From assembly GCA_900617105.1 (NCBI GenBank), contig UYFQ01000419.1:1-45044 (forward strand): DNA of 45,044 nt, given 5' to 3'. The translations under genes were made by a program, and so were the position numbers. Source of the DNA: Hydrurus foetidus. Its lineage: Eukaryota. Under the pieces are notes generated by a model. The model saw nothing but the letters and a program-made list of their open reading frames with translations. It was not told where the DNA came from and did no database searches. Shown here one piece after another: positions 10,163 to 20,424 of the stretch (positions within the stretch are counted from its first letter, which is position 1; every line of letters begins with the position of its first letter).

Positions 10163-10525
10163 TGTCGTAACTAAGGATCAGTTTCCACTGAATGGACAAC
10201 TATATCCTTCCTGGGTACGCGCTCCTTCTGCAGGTTCAACACGTGCGCTAGCAACTTTCCCGGGCTCAAGGCGAAAGCTCTGCTGGTGTGAGTATTAAGG
10301 TAATTAACGATGCAACATCGCTTACATCGTTCATGGAGACAGGCGAAAAGATCGCGCTGTCCCGCACAGTCAAACATGGTGCACTTTCATCTTTTTGATG
10401 TTCCTGGGTTAAAGGAACCTGGACCGGTGGAGTAGCGACCACCACGGCACACGACGTACGAAACGTCATCAAATGTACATACGTAATAACTTATACGGTT
10501 ACTTAGCTCATTAGTTATTCCGACG
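10163..10525 (-). repeat. 5' LTR of Copia A
   Basis: Direct repeat of 4144-4509. Confidence 0.95.
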
Positions 10526-10683
10526 TAGACTGTAAACAGTGAAACTGAAGACTGGGAAGGTGGAAAGTGGAAGCTCTCGAGAAGCTCTTGCCCTCGCCCC
10601 ATCGTATGCCTAACATTGAATAGCCCATCAGAACAGCGTTGGTGGGGTACTCCATTGCTTTCAGATCCTTCAGCAGGCTAAGC

Positions 10684-11721
10684 ATGCCTGATAAGAACAT
10701 TTTGAGCTTTGGGAACAGCAAACAGGCTGGTGGAACATCAGGGAGTACAGCAACGCGTCTCATAGTTGCATTGATAAAAGCATCTACATTAGCTTACTAC
10801 GTTGAAGATGACTCGATTCAAATCATGGCAACTGAGTTGGAATGCAACGACCCCGACTGTGTTCCACTAGAGACTCTGGTAGCGCTTTTAGGAAAAGATG
10901 CGCGATGGACATTTAAAATCTTGAAGCCTCTAGCCGAAGTGACGGCGGAAGATGTCCAGAATCTACCTTTTCCTGCATCGTGGTCATTGTGGGTCAGCGA
11001 GCAAAAGTTCAAAGCAAGCCATCCAAACCTATTTTCGTGGATGAACGATGCTTCTCAGGAATTTGAAGAGGAAATTTCCAAACTCGGCCTTACAGACAAA
11101 ATTCAGGCGTTAGGTATTATGGATCGATTACTATCTGACATGCGCGGCAGAGTCCTATCAGTAATTGAAGACAATTCAGCTGGTAATGAGAAAGCACTAG
11201 CGGGTGATAGTCAATTGTTGCTTGATGCATCAGCTCAATCTACAGTAGTTACCATGCGGCCGAAAACTCCAGTTGAAAACAAGGAATCTCTAAGTGGTTT
11301 TGGAACGAGCGCGAGCAGCGCGGTTCCTCCATATTTACAGCGTCCACAGCAATCACTGCTTATTCAGCATTCTGAGAAATTTGTGACAGCAAACACGCCA
11401 GCTGTGAATGCTGAAGAAAGTGGAAATAATGAAACGCCCGCCACAACGATTGAAGTGGGACATTCGGATGATGTAGCAGGCAGCAGTACCACGACGATAG
11501 AAATGCCCAGTTTTTATGATGAGAGGTCCCCTAATCCCTCGGAAATTAGCAAGGGAGTCAATGGTGGTCATGCCTCTCTTCTGATCGGCAGTAACACCAG
11601 CTCTTTACGTCCTGCAAAGCGTCACAATAAGGGCACTCGGCCAAGAGGCTGTCCTTGCTGCGATCCCGATAATATCGACAACATACTAGACAATATGATA
11701 TTTCTAGAGACTCCCCCTTGA
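10684..11721 (+). CDS. Hypothetical protein with C-terminal GCPCCDPDN motif (start uncertain; may have upstream exons)
   Basis: Open frame of about 345 aa from the first ATG at 10684. Globular-looking N-half, low-complexity middle, Cys cluster at the C-terminus. No family recognised. Confidence 0.6.
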   Translation: MPDKNILSFGNSKQAGGTSGSTATRLIVALIKASTLAYYVEDDSIQIMATELECNDPDCVPLETLVALLGKDARWTFKILKPLAEVTAEDVQNLPFPASWSLWVSEQKFKASHPNLFSWMNDASQEFEEEISKLGLTDKIQALGIMDRLLSDMRGRVLSVIEDNSAGNEKALAGDSQLLLDASAQSTVVTMRPKTPVENKESLSGFGTSASSAVPPYLQRPQQSLLIQHSEKFVTANTPAVNAEESGNNETPATTIEVGHSDDVAGSSTTTIEMPSFYDERSPNPSEISKGVNGGHASLLIGSNTSSLRPAKRHNKGTRPRGCPCCDPDNIDNILDNMIFLETPP

Positions 11722-12018
11722 CAATCATTATTTATTATTACACATGCGTTCCCTTATTAACATTCAAACAGAGATCGTCGCTGTGAAGTTGTTTGATCAG
11801 CATCATCGATTACGAGATGGCGAGGGGATATCTACTTAATTAAATTTATGGCGGAGCCACTCAGGTAAGAGAGAAACAATGTAATGCCCTGCTGGACGAC
11901 TTAGGTGGCACAGTGAGCTGTGGCAATTTTGTCCGATGGGTTGATGAGTGACGTGGCAGCAAACGGTGAATACATGTACTGCTGGTCAAATGATATGGTA
12001 CACTTTTAAAAGTTTAAG

Positions 12019-13141
12019 TTAGCGCCGTCTTTTCGGAGACGAATATTGGTCTCGACGCAGCAGAACGCCGTCAAATTTTTCCTCCGGGTTCTTTCTTGAC
12101 TGTCGGTCATTTTTACCAGCAGCAGAGCTGCCTGTTTGATCCGTGTCAAGAGATTGCCTAGATGATCGTGTAGCTGATTCGGATGATGTCTCGTCTGTAG
12201 GCACTCCCACTATTGAATCTTTGGGGCTGGCGGGCTCCACTGTGGAGATGAATTCTCTGAAAGCGCTCCGGTCCAAATAGGGATAGTCGCCCACCCACAC
12301 CCCACAGGCTGGTATCCACGAATCAGTGACCATATTCAGAATAGAGAAATCCTTCTTAGTGGAAGCTATGATATTCTCGCAGCGCATCTGAAGGCGCAGT
12401 CTGCTGTATGGCTCTGTGAAAGAAGTAATGTGATTGGTGAATTCTTCAACTTGTCGAGGAGCAGAAAAATTTGATGACGAACCTTGCCACTGAGTAATTA
12501 TCTCGAGCTCTCTATCCCGCTCATCCCTCACAATCATGACAAGAAATTCCTGCGATACTGCCCCAATTGTTTTCCCTGCTCTTCTTTTTACTCTTTTCAA
12601 ACTGCGATGTTGTAGGAGTTATGAACAACACGTTCGTGATTCTACAATGGGAGCAACCCACTCGGTAGTTTCGAAACGAAATAATGCGAGCATAATCTTA
12701 CCTTACAATCCGACCCATGTAAAGAGCATAATTCAGTTTCTGCTCGCCAGCACGCCAGACTTTAGCATTTCTTTTTTTTGCGTTAAGCCAAGGGGAGTAC
12801 ATCCAATTGAATATCAAAGCTGTCCCCGCGAAAGAGGACACCACATTACCAGCTAGCATACTCAAGAACCAAGACATCCATGCGCCACCATATGCCACTA
12901 GAAGACTTTCCAGTACTTTTTGCAACCTTTCCATCTTGTTCACACCCCAGTATGCACCCCACTGTTGTGAGGTCACCTTTCGAGGCGCCAAAATACTCAT
13001 TTGTAGAGATGAGCATGGAACTATTCTCATTCGCATGGTTTCGCGGAGCGGCACCAGATATGAAGACTTCACATGCTGAGCTTTGAAAGGTCTGATCGGC
13101 TCAGAGTGTGGCACGAACAGCGATTGGATGACGTTTAACAT
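12019..13141 (-). CDS. Conserved cyanobacteria/plastid-type membrane protein, at least 2 exons (intron 12602-12701); 5' end uncertain
   Basis: GT-AG intron joins YALYMGRIV-S-LKRVK in frame. Motifs QWGAYWG, two TM-like helices, NWMYSPW and DSWIPACGVWVGDYPYLDR resemble a cyanobacterial hypothetical family (WVSDYPYL), recalled from memory. Confidence 0.7.
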
Positions 13142-14077
13142 GGGATGTGCGAATCAACGTAATATTTGCCTCTCTATGTACTGACTTGTGCGAAACAAGT
13201 GCCATATACCTTTTTAATCTTGCGGAAGTGACTGAAAGACAATAGGCGACTTTCGTCAGCCCGCGACTTGACAAGTTCGACGAATGACAAATGTGTTGTG
13301 TCGAGTCGAGAGAGTGTCGAAGAAAGGGGTCGAATTCTGCTGCCTTCGGTATTTTTTGGGGTGAGATTTTGCCACCTATTTTTGAGATATTGTGATGAGA
13401 TATTTGCTCAAACTTTTTTAAACTTTGCAGTTATTGAGCGAACTGACAGACATGTAAGATATCCAGTATGCGATCTGTTTGCATTTAACTCATCGAATAA
13501 CATTTATACCTACATTAATTCCTCTATTATAGGGTGATTTTGATATAAGCGTGTACTGATTTTTGAGTTTGTATTGAACTGGAAATGAAAGTTGCCGATA
13601 AATTCTATTCATTTTCTGTAGCAGGGCATTTAATGACTTCAGCAGCTTGATGCTGATGGTGATCAAATGTTCAATTTAGCCCATACAAGACATGCTGCAG
13701 TGTCGCGCTTGCACATACCAGCGCTTTCTCAATGTACCATAAGAATCTGTACAGGACTATCGTTCCTTCTGAACAGAGTCATTGCTTTCGTTGGCATTGG
13801 ATTGTCTTCTGTGAGGATGCCAATTGACCGATGAAGAGATAATGCAGTCGATGATTGCCATGGATTGTATTGTTTTAATGAAGATAAGAAGAAATGGTCA
13901 GTTGTCTGGCAAGGAATGTATCGCAACCATCCCCACATATTCATCCTGTATCAGCTCCACCACCCACCCACTACCTCCATTTTTTATCTTCAACATATAA
14001 AATCAACAGCAAGAAAGAAAAAAAGATCCTCAAGTATGCACTGTTATGCAGCTTAAATTGCCTCCACTATAGGCCAC

Positions 14078-16046
14078 CTATTGGTCATTGCCGTCATCAC
14101 CACTATCACAATTATTGAGAATCTCATTCAGCGCATTAACAGCCTCGGATGCAATGCGCATCTGGCCTGTACGGTACCACTGAACGTACGAGGATCTTGG
14201 ATCTTCGTAAGATTCCAGAATCTTATTCGCTCTGAAGATTGAAGTAGAGAGATACGTGGAGAGACAAGTAGAGATATAAGTGGAGAGACAAGTGGAGAGA
14301 CAAGTGAAGAGATAAATTCTTCGTCAAAACATCGCATGGGAATTCCTCAGAAGGTTGAAATCGTAACAGCAATCAGTTATGAAAGAGTGCACGTCATCAA
14401 TAAGAAAATACGGTTTCGAGGAACAAACCTGTCTTGTGAGCTGATAAGAGTGTCTAGCTTCCTTTGCAAGCAGTCTCTCAACATGGCGCACTCTTCTAAT
14501 CCTATTTCTATAGCCTCGTCATCTTCATCGTCAACATCCTCTGCTCCTTCGTCAGCTCCTTGGGCGCTGTGTTCTAAATTATCAGGACGGTCCGAGCTAG
14601 ACGGCACTCTTTCTAAAGAAAGTTCTTCAGCTTTCGTTGCTGTATTAATGTCACGTTTCTGATTGTCTTGATTTACATTCTTCCCTTTTTCCCTAATATC
14701 TTCATCAACATCAACACGTCTTCCTACCGCCCTATCACCATCTTCATCACTATCCCCATCACAATCGTCATCAGTCGCACCGATCAGAGTGGTCAGTTGC
14801 CGCCACAGCTCGTTCGGAATCCCCTCCATGCCACCTGCACGTATGTAGTATGTTCCTATATGTTTCGCATCACTGCTTGCAGGATCAGCCGTGGTATTAG
14901 ATGCAGTTCCTGATAACAGATGATGATAATTAGTATTGATGATCACTAGTATTCTATGAGTACAACAGAAGGTCGTGGATAAAGAGGATAAAGAGGATAA
15001 AGAGGAAAAAGAGGGGTGTGACTTATTTCACCTGCAGAGGAATCAACGCCCATCAATTGCAGCGTCATCGCGTCATCTTCATTATTCTCCAAGCAAAATC
15101 CGTATGCAAACAACAGCATTTCGTTACTCAAAGAACCATAGTTTGAAAATATTTCAGAACCTTTCTTTATATCATAGTTACAAATCACACTCAAATAGCC
15201 AGTCTTCACTTCAAACTTAAGCCATTCTCGGTCCGGATTGTGGTTTAAGATATCGAGTAGTGGAACTAGAGCGCCAAGATTCATCATACCGCGCTCCCTG
15301 CCATCTTCACTCAGTAAAAGGTGTCCATCTGTATCGCCCTCGTTCTCTCCCAGAGATTTTTCGTAGCTCGCCGCGGAATTGAACGAGCCAGGGTATCGTC
15401 TGGCCAGGTAGTGACCTCTAGCCCATATCAGAGATTCAAGATTAAAACTCTCAGCACAAATGCAGGAGCAATCTTTGCCCGCTTTCAAGGCCCAACTTCT
15501 TGCCTCAGTCAGAAAGTGAGCGTGCTTCTCGATCGAAGAAAACGAAGTCGTCATAGTTGACATATTAGTTCCCTCCAGAGTCGCCGCAAGATCCTTTGGC
15601 CATGATAATGGTGACGGGGACTGTTGATCAAGGCTTCGCAGAAAGGGGTGGAAGAAACTTCTGTTGTCTGTCTGTCCCTGTATCATGGTCAGCCAAATCA
15701 GTAATTCTGACGTCACCAGTTTGGTGTCTCCTAATGCTTTCGCTGCCTCACGTATAAGTTCAGTAATTTGTGAGTCGTTCGTGTTGGAAAGGCTTAATAT
15801 GCAGGACAATGGAATAGAAAAGAGCACTTCTCCGATCAAATATTCTCGTGCCGCAAATCCTCCCAAGCTACCTCCACATTCGTCGTCGCTACCCTTAAAA
15901 CAAAAACGACCTATATCTAGACCTTTGGCGCCATTATGTAGAAGCCAATCTAGGAGATTCGAAAGAGATTTTCCGGCTGGAGTCGACGACATGGAATGAT
16001 CATTGCAGCTCGGCGTCAATCTCTGTTTCTTGGTTAACTGATCCAT
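14078..16046 (-). CDS. SET-domain protein lysine methyltransferase (Rubisco-LSMT/SETD3/SETD6-like), 3 exons
   Basis: Motifs GGSLGGFAA, LVPLLDILNHNP, EIFSNYGSLSNEMLLFAYGF. Introns 14910-15031 and 14232-14428 give an in-frame C-terminus ...DPRSSYVQWYRTGQMRIA...Q* (stop at 14078). Confidence 0.88.
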
Positions 16047-16221
16047 CTTAATCAATGAGACCTCAACGCTCCTGGATCTCTCCCTGCAGGCCTCATTTGG
16101 ACATACTAAAGATAAGAATCACACAGCCATGGAGCAGCCATGCACGGAGCACGAAGTAGTATTCATCCAGTGATTATAATAGGCCAGTTCTTGCGACCCC
16201 AAAGTGATCCCAGATCGGTAG

Positions 16222-16471
16222 TGTCAGTGAGTCGGCCGTAAGTCGGTAAGACGATACGGTAGAAACAGAATTGTTTAAAAGATTACAGCTTTATATTGTG
16301 TGAGCTGAATGGTATCGAATGAACTGATTGAGATGAGTTGACAGGAAGCGAACAAATGTGCTGTGAAATGAATAAACGGAATGTGCATGAAAATGTCGTT
16401 GCATGCGGTCGTTACGGCCTGAAAAAGGGCTATCGGGGGGGCGGGGGCATTCAAGCAGTGATACACTGACA
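16222..16471 (-). repeat. 3' LTR of Copia B
   Basis: Direct repeat of 21678-21927 with one A/G difference. Confidence 0.97.
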
Positions 16472-16563
16472 TGCGCCGGTAAGCTATATACATTGAATGA
16501 TGTGTGTAGATGTAGAAAGAAGTGAAATGTTAGGAATATGAATATGTAAAATGCTGGGCGGTG

Positions 16564-19500
16564 TTATGAGATTAGTGGTAAATTAGGTGAATTGAAGAGT
16601 TCTTTACGAAACCAGAGGAACTTGGAGGGAGCAAGACTTTTAGTGAGGCCGTCGGCGAGCATGTCATTAGTTCCGACGAATTGTGGCGCGATTTGTTTTG
16701 ATTTGAATAGCCAGCGGATATAGTGTTCCTTTAGGGCAATGTGTCGAGATTTTCGGGTTATTTCAGGAGCGGTTGTTAGGTTGATAGCAGGCTGGTTGTC
16801 TTCGAGTATGACGGTGGGGTTGTTTTGTGGGAATCCGATGTCGGCCGCGAATTGTCGAAAGTATAGGACTTGCTGAGCGCACCTACCAAGGGCGAGGTAT
16901 TCGGCTTCGCAGGGACTGAGTGCGATTGCAGAGGTTTCAGATGCTGAGTGCGTGACGAAGGGTGCGGTGTTGTGTCCGATGCGGATGAGGTAGGCGGAAT
17001 GGCTGCGGCCATCGGCATGGCAGGCGTGAGATGAGTCAGCGGCCGCCGTGATAGTTACTCCGTTGGGATAATGGGAGGGATTGGTGGAGAATGTAGGGCC
17101 AAGATCTGGACAGCTTTTGAGGTAGCGGAGAACGTGTGTTTGTTTGGTTAAGTCGGACTGTACAGGGTTGGAGTTGCGGGAGCATAGGTGAATTACTTCT
17201 TTGCGTATATCATGACGTATGGACAGAAGGAATACCAGGTTGCCATTGACACTCAGGAATCGAGTCTTGTCGACTGGTGTCAAGTCCGTTGGGGGATCAA
17301 AGAATGTGGCCGTGGATGGTGTGAGCGCGGGTGGGACAAGATCCATTCCTGCACGGTGGAGGAATTTTGTAATGTGGGGACCTTGATCTAGGGTGCAGGA
17401 GTGATCGTGGTGTCGGGTAAGTCGGACGCCGCAGACACCGCTGGAGGCGTCGTGAAACTCTATAGGACCGTAGCGCGCAGTGAGAAGAGCTTTGAGTTCG
17501 AGTAGTAGTGTGATGGAGCATGTAACGTGCCACCCATCGTCGACATGCATATTCAGGGTTAGGGAGTTAGCTGGGTTGTCAGGGCAGCGTTTGTGGAAAG
17601 AATGTGGGTCAGAGGCAGTAGGGAGAAAGCCAGCGTTGGTGAGGAGATTGATAAGGTCTTTATCGTACTCATGATTTGCCTGCTTGATACCGTAGCAGCA
17701 CCCGGTGATTTCGGCGAGTTGCCCAGCTAGTGGGCTTGGGAGGTCAGATGGGAGTTTGGCTATCAGCTGATGACCATTGGTCATGTCTCGTGTTAGCTTA
17801 TTGTGCAGGAATGCCCCGGGGAAATCGAAATCTCCGATGAGGAGTTGGTCTAGGCAGCCTCGGTGTGTGGCATCCGCTATGTAGGCTTGTAGGAGGAATG
17901 CTCGGTTGGTGGTATCAGAGGTACCCGCGTAGGTATCATTGTAAGTTTTGCGAGGTTGCGTGCTGCCGTCGATTGCGAGTCTGGCTGTTATGAGGCCATT
18001 TGATTTTTTCTTAATAAAGATCTGGCTGCGCATGAAGACGGCATTGGGTTCGATGGCGTGTCTTGGGAGGAGCGTGAGAGATTTGTATGTTGTAAAATGC
18101 TTGCATAGTTCTTTTGAGATACCGGCCGATATGTCGGTGGCATTGTAGAGCTGCGAGGCCTTTCGAATAGACATTTCTGCGCGATGCAGGGGGAGTGGAT
18201 TGGGTAGGATGTCGGTGGCGCGATTATTGAATAGTGTTGGATTTTGTAGGCGGTGGTTTCTGTTGCGGATTGCTGCTTGTTGAGCAAGGTACAGCTTCCT
18301 TTTGACAGCTGACATAGTGATTGTGGAGGGTGGGACTAAGTTTGGTGTTGCGTTGATGCAAGCACCTCTCCAGAAGTTGGGTGGATGCGCTGTGTTGCGC
18401 GAAGGGCGTTGCGTTGGAGCGGTGGGATGGGGTAGCGCAGTCGGACTAGTAGGCGGGGGGGATGGGATAGGGTTGGTCATTATGTGTGGGGTGTGTGCGG
18501 AGGGAGTGAACGGATCAGGAGGTGTATCGTCAAATGTATTGGCAGTGATGGCAGTAGGTAGTAGAGGGGGGACAGTTTGTGGCATCACGTGTATTATGGT
18601 TTGTTGGGGGATTTCTGCGGGGGAAGTTGTAGTGGGGAGGGAGACCAAGAAGGGTGGTTGGCGAAGGGAGGAGAGGAGGTCACTGTCGAGGGGGGCTGGA
18701 ATATAATTAGTGACTGTGGCGATGGCATCGGAGTGGGGGACGTGTGGCAGCTGGACGACAAAGTTTGGAGGGAGGGAGGGTGAAGGAGGTGTTGGATGTG
18801 AATCTGGAGAGGGGAGGGGTGTGGTTATGACAAAGGTCTTGGGGGTCCAATTAAATGGTACATAGGAGGATGGAAGTTGAGATGTGGGTCGGCGGGGCAC
18901 GATGGCTCCATTTGCGAGGAGGAATAGTGTGCGGCCAGTGATGTTATCATGGCCCATGCAGACGCCAATTTCGGCCTTGGCTTCAGTAGCGGGTGAGGAT
19001 TGGTGTGCCCGGGCAAGAGTAACGCGTTTGTCGAAGTGCTGGGTGACCATGCAGCAAGCTCCGAAAGGAAATTGGCGACGGGAAGGTTTAGTACCTCGAA
19101 GAATTTCATCGGGTGTAGAGGGGGAGCTGCGGGAATTCATAAGCGAGTTACGGACAGACGCGATGGCTTTGTGAAGGTAAAGCGTATATTTGGGGGGGAG
19201 GATGTACGATAGCCCTGAGAGTATTGCGATTGATAGTTGGCGGAGGGTGAGGATATAGCGCTCTACTCTCGCGGCGTGTTCACCAGGAGGGGATGTATGG
19301 AGGTTGATGCCGAGCGAGCCGAGGGGACCAGCAAGTGAGATGTTTATCTTTTCACAGTCGCCGTGCATTGTACCGACGCGATGTTGGTTGGCGTTGTAGG
19401 TGGTGGCTATGACGTGTTGTAAGGATTTAAACATAGCTGGGGTTGCTTTGGACGTTGAGCCAACGACGGAGAGATGACCTGTAAACTCATCCACGAGGAT

Positions 19501-20424
19501 GATCTCGTGTGTGTGTTGGCCCGGTGAAGGCTCTGGAAGGAGTTGTGGGTCAAATGAGATGACCTCCCCAACGGAAGTGGCAGGGGGACTGGTAGATGGA
19601 GGATGTGGTGGGTTGGTGTGTTTGCCAGCGGCGCAATGTGGGCAAGGACCGCGGAGCTGGCGGTTGAGTGTAATGTCCGTGCATGTGAGTGTGCTGAAAG
19701 GCAGTTTGCCAGTTGATAGGTTGGAGCAGAGACTCCTGTCTGATGGATGGCAAAGATCGATGTGGAGTTGCTCCGCAGCGTCAGCTCGAGCACGCTGCTC
19801 AGCGTTGATGTGATGGATGGGGAATGTGGCGTTGAGGGCGTAGGAGGGATGGTATTGCAGGGGTGACATGGTGGACGCTTTGTTCAGAGCATCGAAGTCG
19901 ACAAGGAGGAGGTTGTTGGATGAGAGTGCAGCATAGGCCAGTAGGGGGCCAGAGGGTGAGGAATGGACGGCGAAGTGGGTGAGTGGGCGAAGTGGGTCCG
20001 GTCCGTAGCTAGCGCCACATCGTTGCAGGTGTCCTAGACTGAACAAGTTGACCGGTATGGTTGGGGCGTAGTATGCGACATTCATATTGTTGTGGTGAGG
20101 TAGGCAGCGTAGGTAACCACGATGAGTGACTAGGCAGGGCCCACCGACACCGCCGAGAGAAAATGGTTGGGATAGGGCGGAGATGTTGTAGAGGAGAGTC
20201 AGGTCACTGACTGTGTGGAATGAGCACGCGTTATCCCAGTAGGTTGCGGCGAGGGATGGAGAATCTTGGACAGGACGATGGAAAGATAGGGCGAGAGGGC
20301 ATGTGGAGGAGAAAGAAGGAGTGGAGGATAGACAAGAAGTAGGGTTGTAGTCGGCGGTTAGAGCGAGGTGTTGGGAAGAATTGAGCGGGATGTTGGAGTG
20401 AATGTGGTCGGTGACTGTTGGTAG
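16564..20424 (-). CDS. pol: Copia B pol, in frame with gag after a single UGA
   Basis: Manual translation of 20424-20086 has no stop and contains the protease motif YWDNACSFH. Then HHCC (LHIDLCHPS...CPHC), DDE (SFDP/GDCE/VERYI), RT (CCYGIKQA, MHVDD) and RNase H (ADSSH, CEAEY, EDNQP, ADGLTK). Confidence 0.93.
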   Translation of the reverse strand, partial: LPTVTDHIHSNIPLNSSQHLALTADYNPTSCLSSTPSFSSTCPLALSFHRPVQDSPSLAATYWDNACSFHTVSDLTLLYNISALSQPFSLGGVGGPCLVTHRGYLRCLPHHNNMNVAYYAPTIPVNLFSLGHLQRCGASYGPDPLRPLTHFAVHSSPSGPLLAYAALSSNNLLLVDFDALNKASTMSPLQYHPSYALNATFPIHHINAEQRARADAAEQLHIDLCHPSDRSLCSNLSTGKLPFSTLTCTDITLNRQLRGPCPHCAAGKHTNPPHPPSTSPPATSVGEVISFDPQLLPEPSPGQHTHEIILVDEFTGHLSVVGSTSKATPAMFKSLQHVIATTYNANQHRVGTMHGDCEKINISLAGPLGSLGINLHTSPPGEHAARVERYILTLRQLSIAILSGLSYILPPKYTLYLHKAIASVRNSLMNSRSSPSTPDEILRGTKPSRRQFPFGACCMVTQHFDKRVTLARAHQSSPATEAKAEIGVCMGHDNITGRTLFLLANGAIVPRRPTSQLPSSYVPFNWTPKTFVITTPLPSPDSHPTPPSPSLPPNFVVQLPHVPHSDAIATVTNYIPAPLDSDLLSSLRQPPFLVSLPTTTSPAEIPQQTIIHVMPQTVPPLLPTAITANTFDDTPPDPFTPSAHTPHIMTNPIPSPPPTSPTALPHPTAPTQRPSRNTAHPPNFWRGACINATPNLVPPSTITMSAVKRKLYLAQQAAIRNRNHRLQNPTLFNNRATDILPNPLPLHRAEMSIRKASQLYNATDISAGISKELCKHFTTYKSLTLLPRHAIEPNAVFMRSQIFIKKKSNGLITARLAIDGSTQPRKTYNDTYAGTSDTTNRAFLLQAYIADATHRGCLDQLLIGDFDFPGAFLHNKLTRDMTNGHQLIAKLPSDLPSPLAGQLAEITGCCYGIKQANHEYDKDLINLLTNAGFLPTASDPHSFHKRCPDNPANSLTLNMHVDDGWHVTCSITLLLELKALLTARYGPIEFHDASSGVCGVRLTRHHDHSCTLDQGPHITKFLHRAGMDLVPPALTPSTATFFDPPTDLTPVDKTRFLSVNGNLVFLLSIRHDIRKEVIHLCSRNSNPVQSDLTKQTHVLRYLKSCPDLGPTFSTNPSHYPNGVTITAAADSSHACHADGRSHSAYLIRIGHNTAPFVTHSASETSAIALSPCEAEYLALGRCAQQVLYFRQFAADIGFPQNNPTVILEDNQPAINLTTAPEITRKSRHIALKEHYIRWLFKSKQIAPQFVGTNDMLADGLTKSLAPSKFLWFRKELFNSPNLPLIS

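Larger units (their letters stand above)
4144..10525 (-). mobile_element. Ty1/Copia LTR retrotransposon A, full length
   Basis: Near-identical LTRs 4144-4509 and 10163-10525. gag is followed by pol in PR-IN-RT-RH (Copia) order. Short PPT-like ATAGGGGTG next to the 3' LTR. Left flank CCGTA is only partly matched (CGTA) at the right junction. Confidence 0.95.

Noticed and set aside
16776..19813. Numerous antisense and alternate-frame ORFs within Copia pol regions
   Set aside because: Shadows of the long pol ORF caused by codon and strand bias.
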